Numbered from the stretch's first letter, positions 26,801 to 37,218 are shown. The stretch: 64,000 nt of DNA from Nitrospirota bacterium (GCA_015233615.1 JADFXJ010000002.1:10667-74666), one strand, 5' to 3'. The notes: a model not told the origin generated them from the sequence alone. Made by a program: numbers and translations.

Positions 26801-26811
26801 TCGTTTCGATT

Positions 26812-28059
26812 TCATTTGTTCTTTTTCTCATTGGGGACAACGCCTTTAAGCTGGGATTCGGAGTCGATGAGAAATGCCGACGAAGCGGCAACCTTCTCTT
26901 TTTCCTTCAACCCCTCCCTGACCTCTACCATGCCGTCTGCCCTGATGCCCGTCTTTATAAGCCGCGGTTCGAAAAACCCGTCCCCCTTGTCCACGTAAAC
27001 CACCTGCCTGGTACCGGTGTCTATGACGGCCTCGCCCGGTATGATAAGGCGTTCGCCGAGGTTTATCTTTAACTCCACGTTTGTGAACATTTGTGGCTTG
27101 AGGGTGTTGCCATGGTTAGAAATCACGAATCTCACTTTAGCCGTCCTGGTTTCGTTGGACAAGGCGGGGTATATGTAATCCACCTTCGAGGTAAAAACCT
27201 TGTCGGGGTAGTAACTGAGGTTTATACTGGCGGCCTGGCCAATCTTTACCATAGGGAGTTCGTATTCGTAAACGTCGGCAATGACCCACAGCGTAGAGAG
27301 ATCCGCCAGATCGAAGAGCTTCTCCCCCGGCATTACTTTCATCCCCTGGACGGCCGTTTTCTGGACAACAAAGCCGCTCGCAGGGCTAAACAAGGTTAAA
27401 GTCCTCAGTGGCTCGCCTTTTTGTTCGATCTTCTTTATCTGGGCATCGGTAATGTCCCATCGTTTCAACCTCTGCCTGGCGGCATCGACGATGGTCTCTG
27501 CGTCCCGCTGGAGCATACCGGTAATAGCAGGGTCAGTAAGCGCATCATTAGGCGTCTTATCCTGTCCCGTTGCCCCGGCGGCTGGTTCGAAGGGTCGCTT
27601 TGCTCCTTTAAGCGTTTTGAGGAGGTTCAAAAACTCGATCTGTGTGGCTACAAGCTCAGGGCTGTAAATATCGGCCAGGGGTTCGCCTTTTTTCACGTAC
27701 CTGCCCGTGTAGTCGACGTAAAGACGCTCTATCCAGCCTTCCACCTTGGTGTTTACGGTAGCCAGCCGCCTTTCGTCGTACTCTACGCGGCCTACCGTCC
27801 TGATGGTCTTTGTGATCTGTTTTTTCACGGCCTCCGTGATTCTTACGCCTATTAATTGCTGTTTGTCCGGGGGGATCTCGACGGTGGGAGTATCGCTATC
27901 GTTCGCTTTATCGGCTCCCTGTGCCGGAGTTGGAGGCGCTTTTAGAGGCGCTTTTGGCCCGGCGTATGAAGGCCCGATGAACGTAAGAACCAATAAGGTT
28001 GAAATAATGAATGACGCACACATAATGAACGATGCGGATAAATACATTTTAGATTTCAT
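26812..28059 (-). CDS. cusB: efflux RND periplasmic adaptor subunit (CusB-like)
   Basis: VEGWIERLYVDYTGRYVKKGEPLADIYSPELVATQIEFL and the C-terminal beta-barrel region are typical of CusB/HlyD-type adaptors. It overlaps the upstream gene by 4 bp. Confidence 0.9.
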   Translation of the reverse strand: MKSKMYLSASFIMCASFIISTLLVLTFIGPSYAGPKAPLKAPPTPAQGADKANDSDTPTVEIPPDKQQLIGVRITEAVKKQITKTIRTVGRVEYDERRLATVNTKVEGWIERLYVDYTGRYVKKGEPLADIYSPELVATQIEFLNLLKTLKGAKRPFEPAAGATGQDKTPNDALTDPAITGMLQRDAETIVDAARQRLKRWDITDAQIKKIEQKGEPLRTLTLFSPASGFVVQKTAVQGMKVMPGEKLFDLADLSTLWVIADVYEYELPMVKIGQAASINLSYYPDKVFTSKVDYIYPALSNETRTAKVRFVISNHGNTLKPQMFTNVELKINLGERLIIPGEAVIDTGTRQVVYVDKGDGFFEPRLIKTGIRADGMVEVREGLKEKEKVAASSAFLIDSESQLKGVVPNEKKNK

Positions 28060-29432
28060 TTATCCTCTCCTGCTTTGGATATACCGTATTCGATACCGGT
28101 TAGCGCCTCTATCCTGGCTATAGCCTTTTCACGCTCTGCAAACTGCTTCCAGTAGAGGGTTTCATAATCCAGTAAGGCTTTTAACCTGGTTATTACCGTA
28201 AGGGCATCGGCTTTGCCCGTTACGTAACCGCTAAGAGACAAATTGAAGTCCTGATAAGTTTTGGCTATCAAGGCGGTCTTATACAAACTCATCAGTTTCT
28301 CCGAAGTCTTCACCATGGAGAAACTGTCCCGTAAACCGGAGGCTATTTCGAACTTAACTGATTCCAGATCGTGATCGGCCTCTCCAACCATGGAATCTGC
28401 TTCAAGCACAGCCATCCGTTGCTTGTTCTTGTAATAGATGGGTACGTTTACCGCGGCAGTGAGGCTCCACATGTCCTCGAACGGGCCGGCCCGTTTGGCG
28501 ACGGCTGCCGTTATGTTAAAGTCGGGATAGTAATCTTTTTTCGCCAGCTTAACCTTTACCTTTGCCGCTTCGATCATTAGTTCTTTAGCCCGTACCTCCG
28601 GGGACGCTGCATAGGCCATTTTTAGCAAATCTTCCATAGGAGTGGCAAAGGGGGTCTCCTTTACTGACGAGGATGGTCTTGACAACTGGGAAGTCGCCTC
28701 GCGGCCAAGGGTGGAGTTCAGCATACCCTCGAGTCGGTTAATCTGCTGTTTTTCCATCTCCACTTTTTCCAGCAGCATGTATTTCTCCGTCTGGGCCATG
28801 AGGACGTCGGCCTGAGATCCCATGCCGGAGGAGTAACGTGATAAAGCGGCATCCTCTATCCTGGAAAAGAGCGAGGTCTTCTCTCCGATAAGCCCAATGT
28901 CCTTATACGCAAAAAAGAGATCGTAGAAGAGTTCCTTAACTGTCTGCACGGTCTTAAGACGTGCGCTTTTCAGGGTTTCGCTTAAGCTGTCGTACTCTCT
29001 GGACAGGCTTTCTTCCCTGAGGGAAAGCTTCCCCGGATATGGAAACTGCTGAGATACGGAAAACATCACCTGGGTCCCATCCATTTGCCCCAGGGTAAAT
29101 CTATTCCACCCGGCATTCTGGTAGCCAAGCATAATAATTGGATCGGGCAGGGTAGTTACTTGCGGTATTCTAAACCCCGTAGTAGTGAGTTTCGACTCGG
29201 CCATCAGTACTATGTGATTGGACTCGAGGGCCTCCTGTATGAGGTCCCCGAGTTTCAACTCTTCTTCTGCCCGGGATTCGGTACAAAGTAATATCCATAC
29301 TGCACAAAAGGATAACATACAGCACAAAATATGTTTCAATCCACGCCACTGTACTGGGGACAACGCTAAGGCAGGATAGCTAAAGGTGATATGCCTTGAA
29401 GCAAAATTAAAAAACTTATTTGGCGTCCACAT
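28056..29432 (-). CDS. cusC: TolC-family outer membrane efflux protein (CusC-like)
   Basis: Two OEP repeats, and operon position upstream of the adaptor and RND genes. The start is uncertain: 29432, or the ATG at 29318 preceding the signal-like LSFCAVWILLC. Confidence 0.8.
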   Translation of the reverse strand: MWTPNKFFNFASRHITFSYPALALSPVQWRGLKHILCCMLSFCAVWILLCTESRAEEELKLGDLIQEALESNHIVLMAESKLTTTGFRIPQVTTLPDPIIMLGYQNAGWNRFTLGQMDGTQVMFSVSQQFPYPGKLSLREESLSREYDSLSETLKSARLKTVQTVKELFYDLFFAYKDIGLIGEKTSLFSRIEDAALSRYSSGMGSQADVLMAQTEKYMLLEKVEMEKQQINRLEGMLNSTLGREATSQLSRPSSSVKETPFATPMEDLLKMAYAASPEVRAKELMIEAAKVKVKLAKKDYYPDFNITAAVAKRAGPFEDMWSLTAAVNVPIYYKNKQRMAVLEADSMVGEADHDLESVKFEIASGLRDSFSMVKTSEKLMSLYKTALIAKTYQDFNLSLSGYVTGKADALTVITRLKALLDYETLYWKQFAEREKAIARIEALTGIEYGISKAGEDK

Positions 29433-29805
29433 TGACCTTAGCCACCACTGTTTTGTGGTTATGTGCCACTTTCACGGACACGTTCCAGGAACCGGCCATT
29501 GAAAGGGTCATCGTCGCCTTGTACCCGTCTCCGCTTTTCGGGGCGTTCGCTTTATAGTTCATGGCCGGCATTCCGGACATTGCCGGCATGGTGTAGTCCA
29601 CGGTTACCTTTGCGTCGTCGACATTCTTGCCGGACGGATCTTTGATCGCTATTGTGATTACGTTGTCGCCAACGATAGGCGGGTTATTGTCGATCTTGAT
29701 ATTGATCGTATAGCCACCGGCTTTCTTGTCAATCTCGAACTCCTTAGCCGATGCTATGCCGGCCATGAGGAGCACTGCAAATACTACTATTAACACTTTT
29801 TTCAT
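29416..29805 (-). CDS. FixH/YtkA-like periplasmic protein, Met-rich
   Basis: Signal peptide and the TMPAMSGMPAMNYKA...MTLSMAGSWNVSVKV pattern, as in YtkA/FixH-type domains. It is the first gene of the cus-like operon. Confidence 0.6.
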   Translation of the reverse strand: MKKVLIVVFAVLLMAGIASAKEFEIDKKAGGYTINIKIDNNPPIVGDNVITIAIKDPSGKNVDDAKVTVDYTMPAMSGMPAMNYKANAPKSGDGYKATMTLSMAGSWNVSVKVAHNHKTVVAKVNVDAK

Positions 29806-29986
29806 TTTGCTTACCTCCTGTATAGAAATTGGCGCCTTTTATCAGGCGCATTTGGTTTTCGATTATCGGGCATATGTTAAAGTTAGTACCTCGCTGGTAT
29901 CCTTAGCTGGTAACTCCGCTTTGGAGCATATGTCGGAGCATATACCTGAGCCGGATCACGTACGGTTATTATACAACATTCTCACC

Positions 29987-30031
29987 AGACTTTAACATTC
30001 CCGATAAAATCTGCTATCGGTGTTAAAGTCT
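29987..30031. other. hairpin/palindrome between the lipoprotein gene and the cus-like operon
   Basis: agactttaacattcccgata (8-nt loop aaatctgc) tatcggtgttaaagtct gives 11 + 6 bp of pairing with a 3-nt bulge. A further gttaaagt copy lies at about 29876. Confidence 0.5.
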
Positions 30032-30065
30032 AAATGAAAATAATGAAGGAATTATGAAGATTGTT

Positions 30066-30872
30066 CTACGTGGACTTGTATATTTGGATAAAATTATTCC
30101 ATGCCGTATCTATGCTCATTTCATAAACGCTACTAAATGAATCCTTGAAATTTTTGCTATCCTCCACCATGAGAAGAAATTTTTCGAATTTAGCATTATC
30201 GAGGTCTTTCAAGTAGGAAACAAACATCGAACTTTGGCGGTAAAACATTTGTGTAGTAAGGCCGTACGAGGCTGACGTCTTAGCAAACAATAAGCTTCCC
30301 TCGGTGTCGGGCTTAAAAGTTTTGCCCTGCGAGATTGCTTTTATCGCATCGGCCTGGCTTACGTTTTCCGCGCTTCTACCATTCGATACCATTGTGGCAA
30401 GCCCTTTCTGAAACCACGATGGCAGCAATACTTCATAATTATATGCTCCAAGTTGCTGCTGAAGGTGTACGTGAGATAACTCGTATGCCAGAATTCCGGG
30501 AATAGCATCCTGATACTCCCGCTTTTTGAGCTTGCCTGAAATAAACACCTTCCCTACGACCACCACACCGCGAGCCTGTTTCGCACCCGTATAATCGGTA
30601 AAGCTCGCCTCCGTGGCACAAACATACACAGACACGGGTTTTGGAAATGGACGGTATTGCCCTTTTTCTACCGCAGCTATCGCCTCGGGCAGTTGCGCCG
30701 CCACAACTTTGGCAAGATCCTCAGCCCCCTGCTCATAAAGAACACGACGGTCCGCCTCTAACGGTATAAAATCGGAAGTGGATTTTATCGTGTCCAACCC
30801 GGCCATAAAAAAAGAACAGCCGGACAAAATCACCAAACAAACCAGAATGGATAGTTTCATAACACCTCGCAT
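30066..30872 (-). CDS. lipoprotein with a degenerate MA-clan metallopeptidase-like motif
   Basis: Lipobox LSGC after MKLSILVCLVI. YELSHVH...LPSWFQKGLA resembles the HExxH...W.xEGlA pattern of the Peptidase_MA_2 type, with the first His and the Glu replaced. Confidence 0.55.
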   Translation of the reverse strand: MRGVMKLSILVCLVILSGCSFFMAGLDTIKSTSDFIPLEADRRVLYEQGAEDLAKVVAAQLPEAIAAVEKGQYRPFPKPVSVYVCATEASFTDYTGAKQARGVVVVGKVFISGKLKKREYQDAIPGILAYELSHVHLQQQLGAYNYEVLLPSWFQKGLATMVSNGRSAENVSQADAIKAISQGKTFKPDTEGSLLFAKTSASYGLTTQMFYRQSSMFVSYLKDLDNAKFEKFLLMVEDSKNFKDSFSSVYEMSIDTAWNNFIQIYKST

Positions 30873-31054
30873 ACGTCCTCCTTTGTAAACTTTTTAAGCA
30901 AAAATCTCTTTGATGATACTCTATAGTGGACCCTGTTGTCAAGAAAAAAAATTATTTGTCAAGCCAAAATAATCTGTATTAATGTAAAATATAATAAGTA
31001 AGTAGGTGTAAAGGAGAATCGGAAAAACTGCCGGAAATTAAAGGAGGTACTGCT

Positions 31055-31795
31055 ATGAAGAAGCGTCTGTTAATTTCGGTACTATCGTTAGTAGCGTTAG
31101 TAGTATTAATCAGTTTTCCATTAACCGCTTTAGCCGCAACGTACACGGTTAACGTGCAAAGTTTTAGCTTCACTCCACCCACTCTGAATATCAACGCCGG
31201 TGACACCGTTAAATGGGTATTCCAGTCCAGCGGACATACTACGACCAGCGGGTCGAACTGTACGCCCGATAACAAATGGGATTCCGGATTTATAGCATCG
31301 GGCGGTACCTTTCAGTTTACGTTCAATAGCGCGGGCACGTACCCATATTTCTGCACGGCCCACTGCGACCTGGGAATGACGGGGAACATAGTCGTATCTC
31401 CAACTGCGGCGGGTATTTCCGTGGCAATACAAGCCAACGGTTCAATATCCCAGTCAATCACTATCAAGAGCAGCGATACCCTGACGATTTCCATCAAACT
31501 CTCCTCCGGCTCCTACGCTGGAACCAATGCGGACTGGTGGTTTGTGGAGCAGACACCGGCCGGGACACTCCTGTCTTTCGACGTAAGCAAAACCCCCCCG
31601 ACTTTTGGAGTGCCCGGGTTGAAGGCTGTGGTGACTACTAACCTTTTTGACTTACCTTACACACCGGTCTATCAGGTATCGGGTTTGCAGCCCGGAAATT
31701 ACCTTTTCGCTTTTGGGGTCGATACAACACCAAACGGCAGCCTTGACGTCAATACTTTAACTCCTGCGGCTGTCCAGGTTACGGTAACCCAATAG
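31055..31795 (+). CDS. cupredoxin (plastocyanin/pseudoazurin-like) with a C-terminal extension module
   Basis: SD aaaggagg and a signal peptide. Type-1 Cu ligand pattern ...SGHTT... and YPYFCTAHCDLGMTG (C-x2-H-x4-M). About 120 further residues follow. Confidence 0.85.
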   Translation: MKKRLLISVLSLVALVVLISFPLTALAATYTVNVQSFSFTPPTLNINAGDTVKWVFQSSGHTTTSGSNCTPDNKWDSGFIASGGTFQFTFNSAGTYPYFCTAHCDLGMTGNIVVSPTAAGISVAIQANGSISQSITIKSSDTLTISIKLSSGSYAGTNADWWFVEQTPAGTLLSFDVSKTPPTFGVPGLKAVVTTNLFDLPYTPVYQVSGLQPGNYLFAFGVDTTPNGSLDVNTLTPAAVQVTVTQ

Positions 31796-31805
31796 CCGTG
31801 TTTGG

Positions 31806-32147
31806 TTGCTGCGCTGCAAAATATATGGCAAAATGGCAAGAATGAAAAAGACGGTTGCAACCGGTGATATGGTTCGTAAAAAGAGCCTGAAGATACCCGT
31901 CACTCTTGCCATTTTGGCTATTATCTTCGACCTGGTGCCGAATGTCCCCGTAGCGGGCTGGATAGAGGACATCTTTGTTACGGCAGCGGCCCTGCTGAAT
32001 ATTTTAGACCATGCGTTGCCGGACAGACTGGCATGGATTGCCAGGATAGTGCGGACAATAAAGTGGGCGCTTATAGTTTTAGGCGTAATGGTGCTTGCTT
32101 TGGGAGCTTTTGGCATTTACGGCATAATCCGGGCCATAAAGGGTTAG
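31806..32147 (+). CDS. membrane protein, DUF1232/YkvA-like (weak)
   Basis: FDLVPNVPVAGWIEDIF resembles the DliPDfiPvlGylDD motif, and there are two TM segments. The start codon is uncertain. Confidence 0.45.
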   Translation: MLRCKIYGKMARMKKTVATGDMVRKKSLKIPVTLAILAIIFDLVPNVPVAGWIEDIFVTAAALLNILDHALPDRLAWIARIVRTIKWALIVLGVMVLALGAFGIYGIIRAIKG

Positions 32148-32218
32148 CGAAAAAACAGGTAAAAGCTTGAAAGAACGCAAAATAAACAGGAAAAGTCAGA
32201 AAAGGAATTAAATACGGC

Positions 32219-32620
32219 ATGTATTTCCAGTTAATCGACTATTCCGACTACTTTTACCGTATGGTGAGACGTGGCGTCATTCCGACCGGAAGAGGAGGCA
32301 AGTTTGTCCAACTTAACTACGACGATACGGAGTTTGTGGTTATGTCCCCTATGGAGTTTTCCAGGTACCACGCCAACATAGTCGAGCGGTTTTGCATGGG
32401 CAGGCAGTTAAGTGGCTACTATAACGATAAACGCGACAAATACTACACCATCGATACCTCTCTGGAGATAATGGGGGGTGGAATGTGGAAAGTGGACGAT
32501 GAACTCAGTACCTTGCACCTTTGCGGCACGTCCCGGGCATATGGAGATTACGACGATACCGGGCTTAGGGAAAAAGTAAGCTCGGTACTCACCGGTTACA
32601 GTGTTATTTTGGGCAAGTGA
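32219..32620 (+). CDS. hypothetical protein
   Basis: 133-aa ORF with coding-like composition and no recognised motif. Confidence 0.45.
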   Translation: MYFQLIDYSDYFYRMVRRGVIPTGRGGKFVQLNYDDTEFVVMSPMEFSRYHANIVERFCMGRQLSGYYNDKRDKYYTIDTSLEIMGGGMWKVDDELSTLHLCGTSRAYGDYDDTGLREKVSSVLTGYSVILGK

Positions 32621-32792
32621 TATTGCAGGCTGGTAGGCATAGTGCACACGGGGAAATGCAAAGCCTCACGTGGGCATCTCCATCGGGAGCGCGTTATCAG
32701 GCAAGTTACCCGCCGGCTGTTTCGAAAAGACGAAAATCGAAAAAATATTTCAACCTTTATTGGAGAATCCTGTAAAATATAACGACAAGCCA

Positions 32793-35700
32793 ATGGAAAG
32801 GATAAGCGTACTTCTCATAGAACACGACAAGGCAGACAGCACGGCTTTTCTGCGTATGGCCAGGGACAGGGACTTGCCGTACGACTGCACCGTGGCCGGT
32901 AGTATTGGTGAAGGTAAGGCGTACCTGGATAGCGGCCGATTCGACGTAGTCATAATGGATTGCATCTTTAAAGACGGCACGGACTGCGATCTTTGTTCCA
33001 TGGCAAAAATAGCCACCGTCATATGCATGAGCGGCGAGGGGGACGAGGAGACCGCAGAGAAGGCGCTGAAAGCGGGGGCCTTCGATTACCTCGTAAAAGA
33101 CCCCGATCGCCACTACCTGAGCGTATTGCCCTCAATCGTCAATCACGTGGTGAAATCACGTAAGGCGGCATTTGACAACGTGCTCTTGTCTAATACCATA
33201 AAAAACATCAACGACGAGGACGCCCTCAGGGCGGCCCGCGAGTACGCCAGGAACATAATCAACAGTTCCATAGACATGATAATCACCGTTGACGAGAAGT
33301 TCAGGATTGTAGAGTTCAATCGCGCAGCCGAAGAGACCTTTGGCTACAAGGCCGAAGAGGTACTGGGTAAGAATGTGGATATGTTATTGTACGACACGGG
33401 CGATGGGAAAAGCGTGGGCTCGGCCCTGCGTGAGACCGGCAAGTACCAGGGCGTGATAACGAACCGCCGCAACAACAACGAGTTCTTCCAGTCCTTTATA
33501 TCCGCATCGGTACTCAGAAACGCCGAAGGCGCAATAGTAGGAGCCATGGGAATATCCAGGGATATAACCGAACAGAGGCGCGCCGAGGACGTCCTGATGA
33601 CCTCTGAAAAGCGCTACAGGAATCTCGTGGAGAACATGCACGACTTCGTCATGGAGATTGACCCCTACGGAAACTTCCTCTTCGTCAACAGGCCCTTTGC
33701 CGAAAATACAGGCTACCAAATGGAGCGCCTCATAGGTACGAATATAATAGCATACATTCATCCCGAGGACTCCGCATCCTTTTCCCTCCACTGTCCACTC
33801 TTCAAAGAAACCCCTGCCATAGTGCGGGACTTCGAGTACCGCTTCAGGAAAAACGACAACTCCTTCATACACCTCCTCACAAACGGAGATCCGGTGTACG
33901 ACTACGAGGGAAACCTCATCTCGTACCTCTTTGTCTCCTTTGACATTACGAAGAGGAAAGAGGCCGAAGAGGAACTGAAAAAGGCTAAAGAGGCGGCGGA
34001 GACGGCCAACTCCGCCAAAAGCGAGTTTTTGGCCAACATCAGCCACGAACTTCGCACTCCCATGAACGGTATCATCGGTATGACGGAACTTACGCTGGAC
34101 ACGCATCTGAGCGGCGAGCAGAGGAAATATCTTCATATGGTAAAGGAATCGGCAAACTCTCTCATGTCGCTATTGAACAGCATTCTCGATTTCTCTAAGA
34201 TAGAGTCGGGCAAACTCGAAATCGAAAAGATAGACTTCAACCTCAGGGAAACCATCGAAAACGCAGTCGAAACCCTCTTCTCCCAGGCTAACAAAAAGGG
34301 TCTTGACCTCCTGTGCTACGTCTCCCCTGACATACCGGATACTCTCGTAGGCGACGCAGTGCGGCTGAGACAGATAGTGGTAAATATTATAGGCAACGCC
34401 ATAAAGTTCGCAGACAAGGGCGAAATTGTCGTGGAAGTGGTGAGATACGGCACAACGAGCGGCGACGAAGCCACCGTAAATTTCTCCATCTCGGACGAAG
34501 GTATAGGTATACCGCGGGACAAGATAGACAAAGTGTTCGACAGCTTTACACAAGTAGACGGCTCGATAACCCGTAAGTACGGCGGCACCGGCCTGGGGCT
34601 GACTATATGCAGGCAACTCGTCCAGTTGATGAACGGACGTATTTGGGTGGAGAGCGAAGAGGGTACCGGCACGACATTCTACTTTACCATCCCATTGGCT
34701 ATATCGAAGTCGAAGCCAAAGGATAACGGCTCAAAAGTGACGGAGCTTTCGGGCAAGCGCGTACTCATTGCCGACGGGCACCCCACGGCCAGGAAGAGCC
34801 TGTCCCACTTGATGGCCGGCTGGAGCATCAAGACTTACGAGGCATTAGACTGTATGCAGGCACTCGGAGCTCTCAACCTGGGAGTCACCATGGGGGAGCC
34901 TTTCGATCTGCTCCTGCTGGACTCCAGGCTAAAGGGCCTGGACGTATGTGATTTCATAAGCCAGCTTAAGAGCAATCCAATGTACAACCGCACGGAGATA
35001 ATTCTCCTCATCGGCACCGGCGAAAAGAGAATTTCGACGCTCTGCAAGGACTCCGGCGTTTGGGGTTCCGTATACAAACCCGTAAGGAGCTCTACTTTTC
35101 TGGACTCCATCTACCTGGCACTCGGAGGCCAGTTGAGCGAGACCTCCCTCATCAAAAACCGCCAGACGGCAAAAGACGCCAGGCGTCCCCTGCACGTGCT
35201 CCTTGTTGAGGACAACTACATAAACCGGGAGCTGGCGTTAAAAATCATCGAAAAACACGGGCACACCACCTCCACGGCCTTTAACGGCAGGGAGGCACTC
35301 GCTGCCTTATCTAAAGAGTATTTCGACGTAATACTGATGGACGTTCAGATGCCGGAGATGGACGGCTTCGAAGCTACACGCCTCATAAGAAGCTCCACTT
35401 CGGGACAATTCGACCCCAATGTTCCTATAATCGCCATGACCGCCCACGCTATGAAAGGAGACTACGACCGGTGCATCGAAGCGGGGATGAACGGCTACGT
35501 ATCGAAGCCCATATCCGTCAACGAACTCCTGGAAGCCCTCGAGTTCTACGCCAAACCCTCCGATGCCAGACCCGATGCCAAACAAGAGAACCGAACGGAG
35601 GAAAATTTTTTGTCGCCGGCAAAGGTGGCTAACGTATATAAAGTCTTCGACATCGATGGAGTCCGAAGAAGGTTAAACAACGACGATGCCCTTATTAAAA

Positions 35701-35975
35701 AGATATGCGGGGCTTTCGTAGTCGATGCCGCCAAACAGTTGGAAGACCTGAAAAAGGCGCTCGACTCAAACGATGCCGTTACGGCCGAAAGACAGGCCCA
35801 TACAATAAAGGGCATGTCCGCCAACCTCGGTGGAGAACTCGCCAAAAACGAGGCTACCCGCATGGAACTGGCCGCACGAAAACTGGACCTCACCAAGGCT
35901 AAAAAACTGTTTCCAAACCTGGCAAGCGAATTAACCAAACTTGTTGACACGATTAGGGAACATGATCTAAAATGA
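32793..35975 (+). CDS. hybrid sensor histidine kinase (REC-PAS-PAS-HisKA-HATPase-REC-REC-HPt)
   Basis: H-box [17 protein letters not shown] boxes ([23 protein letters not shown]), receiver [16 protein letters not shown], and HPt [13 protein letters not shown]. The ORF opens at 32670, but the ATG at 32793 starts the N-terminal REC. Confidence 0.9.
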   Translation: MERISVLLIEHDKADSTAFLRMARDRDLPYDCTVAGSIGEGKAYLDSGRFDVVIMDCIFKDGTDCDLCSMAKIATVICMSGEGDEETAEKALKAGAFDYLVKDPDRHYLSVLPSIVNHVVKSRKAAFDNVLLSNTIKNINDEDALRAAREYARNIINSSIDMIITVDEKFRIVEFNRAAEETFGYKAEEVLGKNVDMLLYDTGDGKSVGSALRETGKYQGVITNRRNNNEFFQSFISASVLRNAEGAIVGAMGISRDITEQRRAEDVLMTSEKRYRNLVENMHDFVMEIDPYGNFLFVNRPFAENTGYQMERLIGTNIIAYIHPEDSASFSLHCPLFKETPAIVRDFEYRFRKNDNSFIHLLTNGDPVYDYEGNLISYLFVSFDITKRKEAEEELKKAKEAAETANSAKSEFLANISHELRTPMNGIIGMTELTLDTHLSGEQRKYLHMVKESANSLMSLLNSILDFSKIESGKLEIEKIDFNLRETIENAVETLFSQANKKGLDLLCYVSPDIPDTLVGDAVRLRQIVVNIIGNAIKFADKGEIVVEVVRYGTTSGDEATVNFSISDEGIGIPRDKIDKVFDSFTQVDGSITRKYGGTGLGLTICRQLVQLMNGRIWVESEEGTGTTFYFTIPLAISKSKPKDNGSKVTELSGKRVLIADGHPTARKSLSHLMAGWSIKTYEALDCMQALGALNLGVTMGEPFDLLLLDSRLKGLDVCDFISQLKSNPMYNRTEIILLIGTGEKRISTLCKDSGVWGSVYKPVRSSTFLDSIYLALGGQLSETSLIKNRQTAKDARRPLHVLLVEDNYINRELALKIIEKHGHTTSTAFNGREALAALSKEYFDVILMDVQMPEMDGFEATRLIRSSTSGQFDPNVPIIAMTAHAMKGDYDRCIEAGMNGYVSKPISVNELLEALEFYAKPSDARPDAKQENRTEENFLSPAKVANVYKVFDIDGVRRRLNNDDALIKKICGAFVVDAAKQLEDLKKALDSNDAVTAERQAHTIKGMSANLGGELAKNEATRMELAARKLDLTKAKKLFPNLASELTKLVDTIREHDLK

Positions 35976-36003
35976 AATATGCGATAAAGTTTGGAGGAGC
36001 CAC

Positions 36004-36402
36004 ATGAGAGTTTTGATAGCAGAAGATGATTTTACGAGCCGAACGCTTTTACAGCATTTTTTGGCACCCTATGGAGATTGTGACGTCACGGTTAATGGTA
36101 CCGAAGCCGTCGAGGCATTTTTGCTCGCCATAGACGAAGGGCAGTCCTACGACCTCATCTGCCTGGATATAATGATGCCGGAGCTGGATGGACTTAAAGT
36201 ACTGAAAGCCATCAGGGACAAAGAAAAAGCGTTAGGCATAAGCCCAAAAGAGGAATCGAAGATTATCATGACCACCGCACTCGATTCGCCTAAAAACGTA
36301 ATAGAGGCGTACTACAGGGGAGGCTGTACCGACTACCTCACAAAGCCGATAGACACGCAAAAGCTCTTGTCGCTGCTGAGGGATTACGGGTTTGCCCATT
36401 AA
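36004..36402 (+). CDS. single-domain CheY-like response regulator
   Basis: SD ggagga precedes the start. MRVLIAEDD...LICLDIMMPELDG...IIMTTA...KP gives the receiver signature. Confidence 0.9.
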   Translation: MRVLIAEDDFTSRTLLQHFLAPYGDCDVTVNGTEAVEAFLLAIDEGQSYDLICLDIMMPELDGLKVLKAIRDKEKALGISPKEESKIIMTTALDSPKNVIEAYYRGGCTDYLTKPIDTQKLLSLLRDYGFAH

Positions 36403-36422
36403 GTAATTCCATAAGTAAAAGA

Positions 36423-36610
36423 ACTAGACTGCCGGCCCGCCAATGCGGCTTACGGCTCTATCCGGAAAATGACGTAAAAAGGAAAATGACCAGGCTGCCG
36501 GGCAAGCCGGAATAACGAAAATGGAAAAGGGCTAGGCTGCCGACCAGCGAATTCCGCCAATACTCCCTTCACGGGGGGTGGCGGCTGACGGCTCTGGCCG
36601 GCAGTAACGA
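36423..36610. repeat. two to three tandem family B elements
   Basis: actagactgccggcccgccaatgcggcttacggctct... and gctaggctgccgaccagcgaattccgccaatactcccttcacggggggtggcggctgacggctctggccggcagtaacg. The second closely parallels 56791-56869. Confidence 0.8.
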
Positions 36611-36750
36611 AAAAAATGAAGGGATTTATCCGTGGCTAACGTTACAATTGCAGCGATACCGCTTCGTTGCAGTATATTCAGAGTCTCCGGCAGAGCTTTT
36701 AGCAAAGCAACCGGAGTAGGTACCGGCATCGAAGCCCATAATGCGCAGGT

Positions 36751-37218
36751 GTGCCGATGCTGAAGGTTTTGTCGAAAACGGACAAAACCATGGCTCCCCT
36801 GATAATAAGGGTGGCTTTGGGTTTAGTGATGCTCGTCCATGGCACCCAAAAGGCTTTCGGATGGTTTGGAGGTCCGGGTTTTTTGAAGACATTCGAGGGT
36901 TTTACCAGGGATGCAGGTTTTTACCCCTGGGTACCTTCTTTTGTGATGATCACGGAGCTATTTGGCGCTTTTTTCCTGATCATAGGTTTTTTAACCAGGA
37001 TTTCGGCCCTTTGTACCGGGACGATGCTCTTTGCCTGTGCGTACCTGTACCACATAGACAACGGCTTTTTCATGAACTGGACAGGCAAGGCCCATGGCGA
37101 AGGCGTAGAGTACCACGTACTGGGCATTGCCATGGCCGTGGCACTGATAGTACAGGGGGGCGGATTTTTGTCCGTAGATAGTGCCATGGCAAAGAGAGAA
37201 AAGAAGTTCTTCATATAG
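36751..37218 (+). CDS. DoxX family membrane protein
   Basis: IIRVALGLVMLVHGTQKAFGWFGGPG and four hydrophobic segments typical of DoxX. Confidence 0.85.
   Translation: MPMLKVLSKTDKTMAPLIIRVALGLVMLVHGTQKAFGWFGGPGFLKTFEGFTRDAGFYPWVPSFVMITELFGAFFLIIGFLTRISALCTGTMLFACAYLYHIDNGFFMNWTGKAHGEGVEYHVLGIAMAVALIVQGGGFLSVDSAMAKREKKFFI

Noticed and set aside
26564-26815. 83-aa ORF (...TKHTKSTKKDKD...FAEFAGFAGFFVVKEV) between cusB and cusA
   Set aside because: The sequence is a translation of the family A/B repeats, with the perfect inverted repeat inside it. It is not a gene.
33384-34136. 250-aa minus-strand ORF inside the hybrid kinase
   Set aside because: It is antisense to well-supported PAS/HisKA sequence and has no motif or SD.
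36741-37181. 146-aa ORF in an alternative frame of the DoxX gene
   Set aside because: The translation is Arg/Gly-rich. The DoxX frame (36751..37218) has the family motif and hydrophobic segments.
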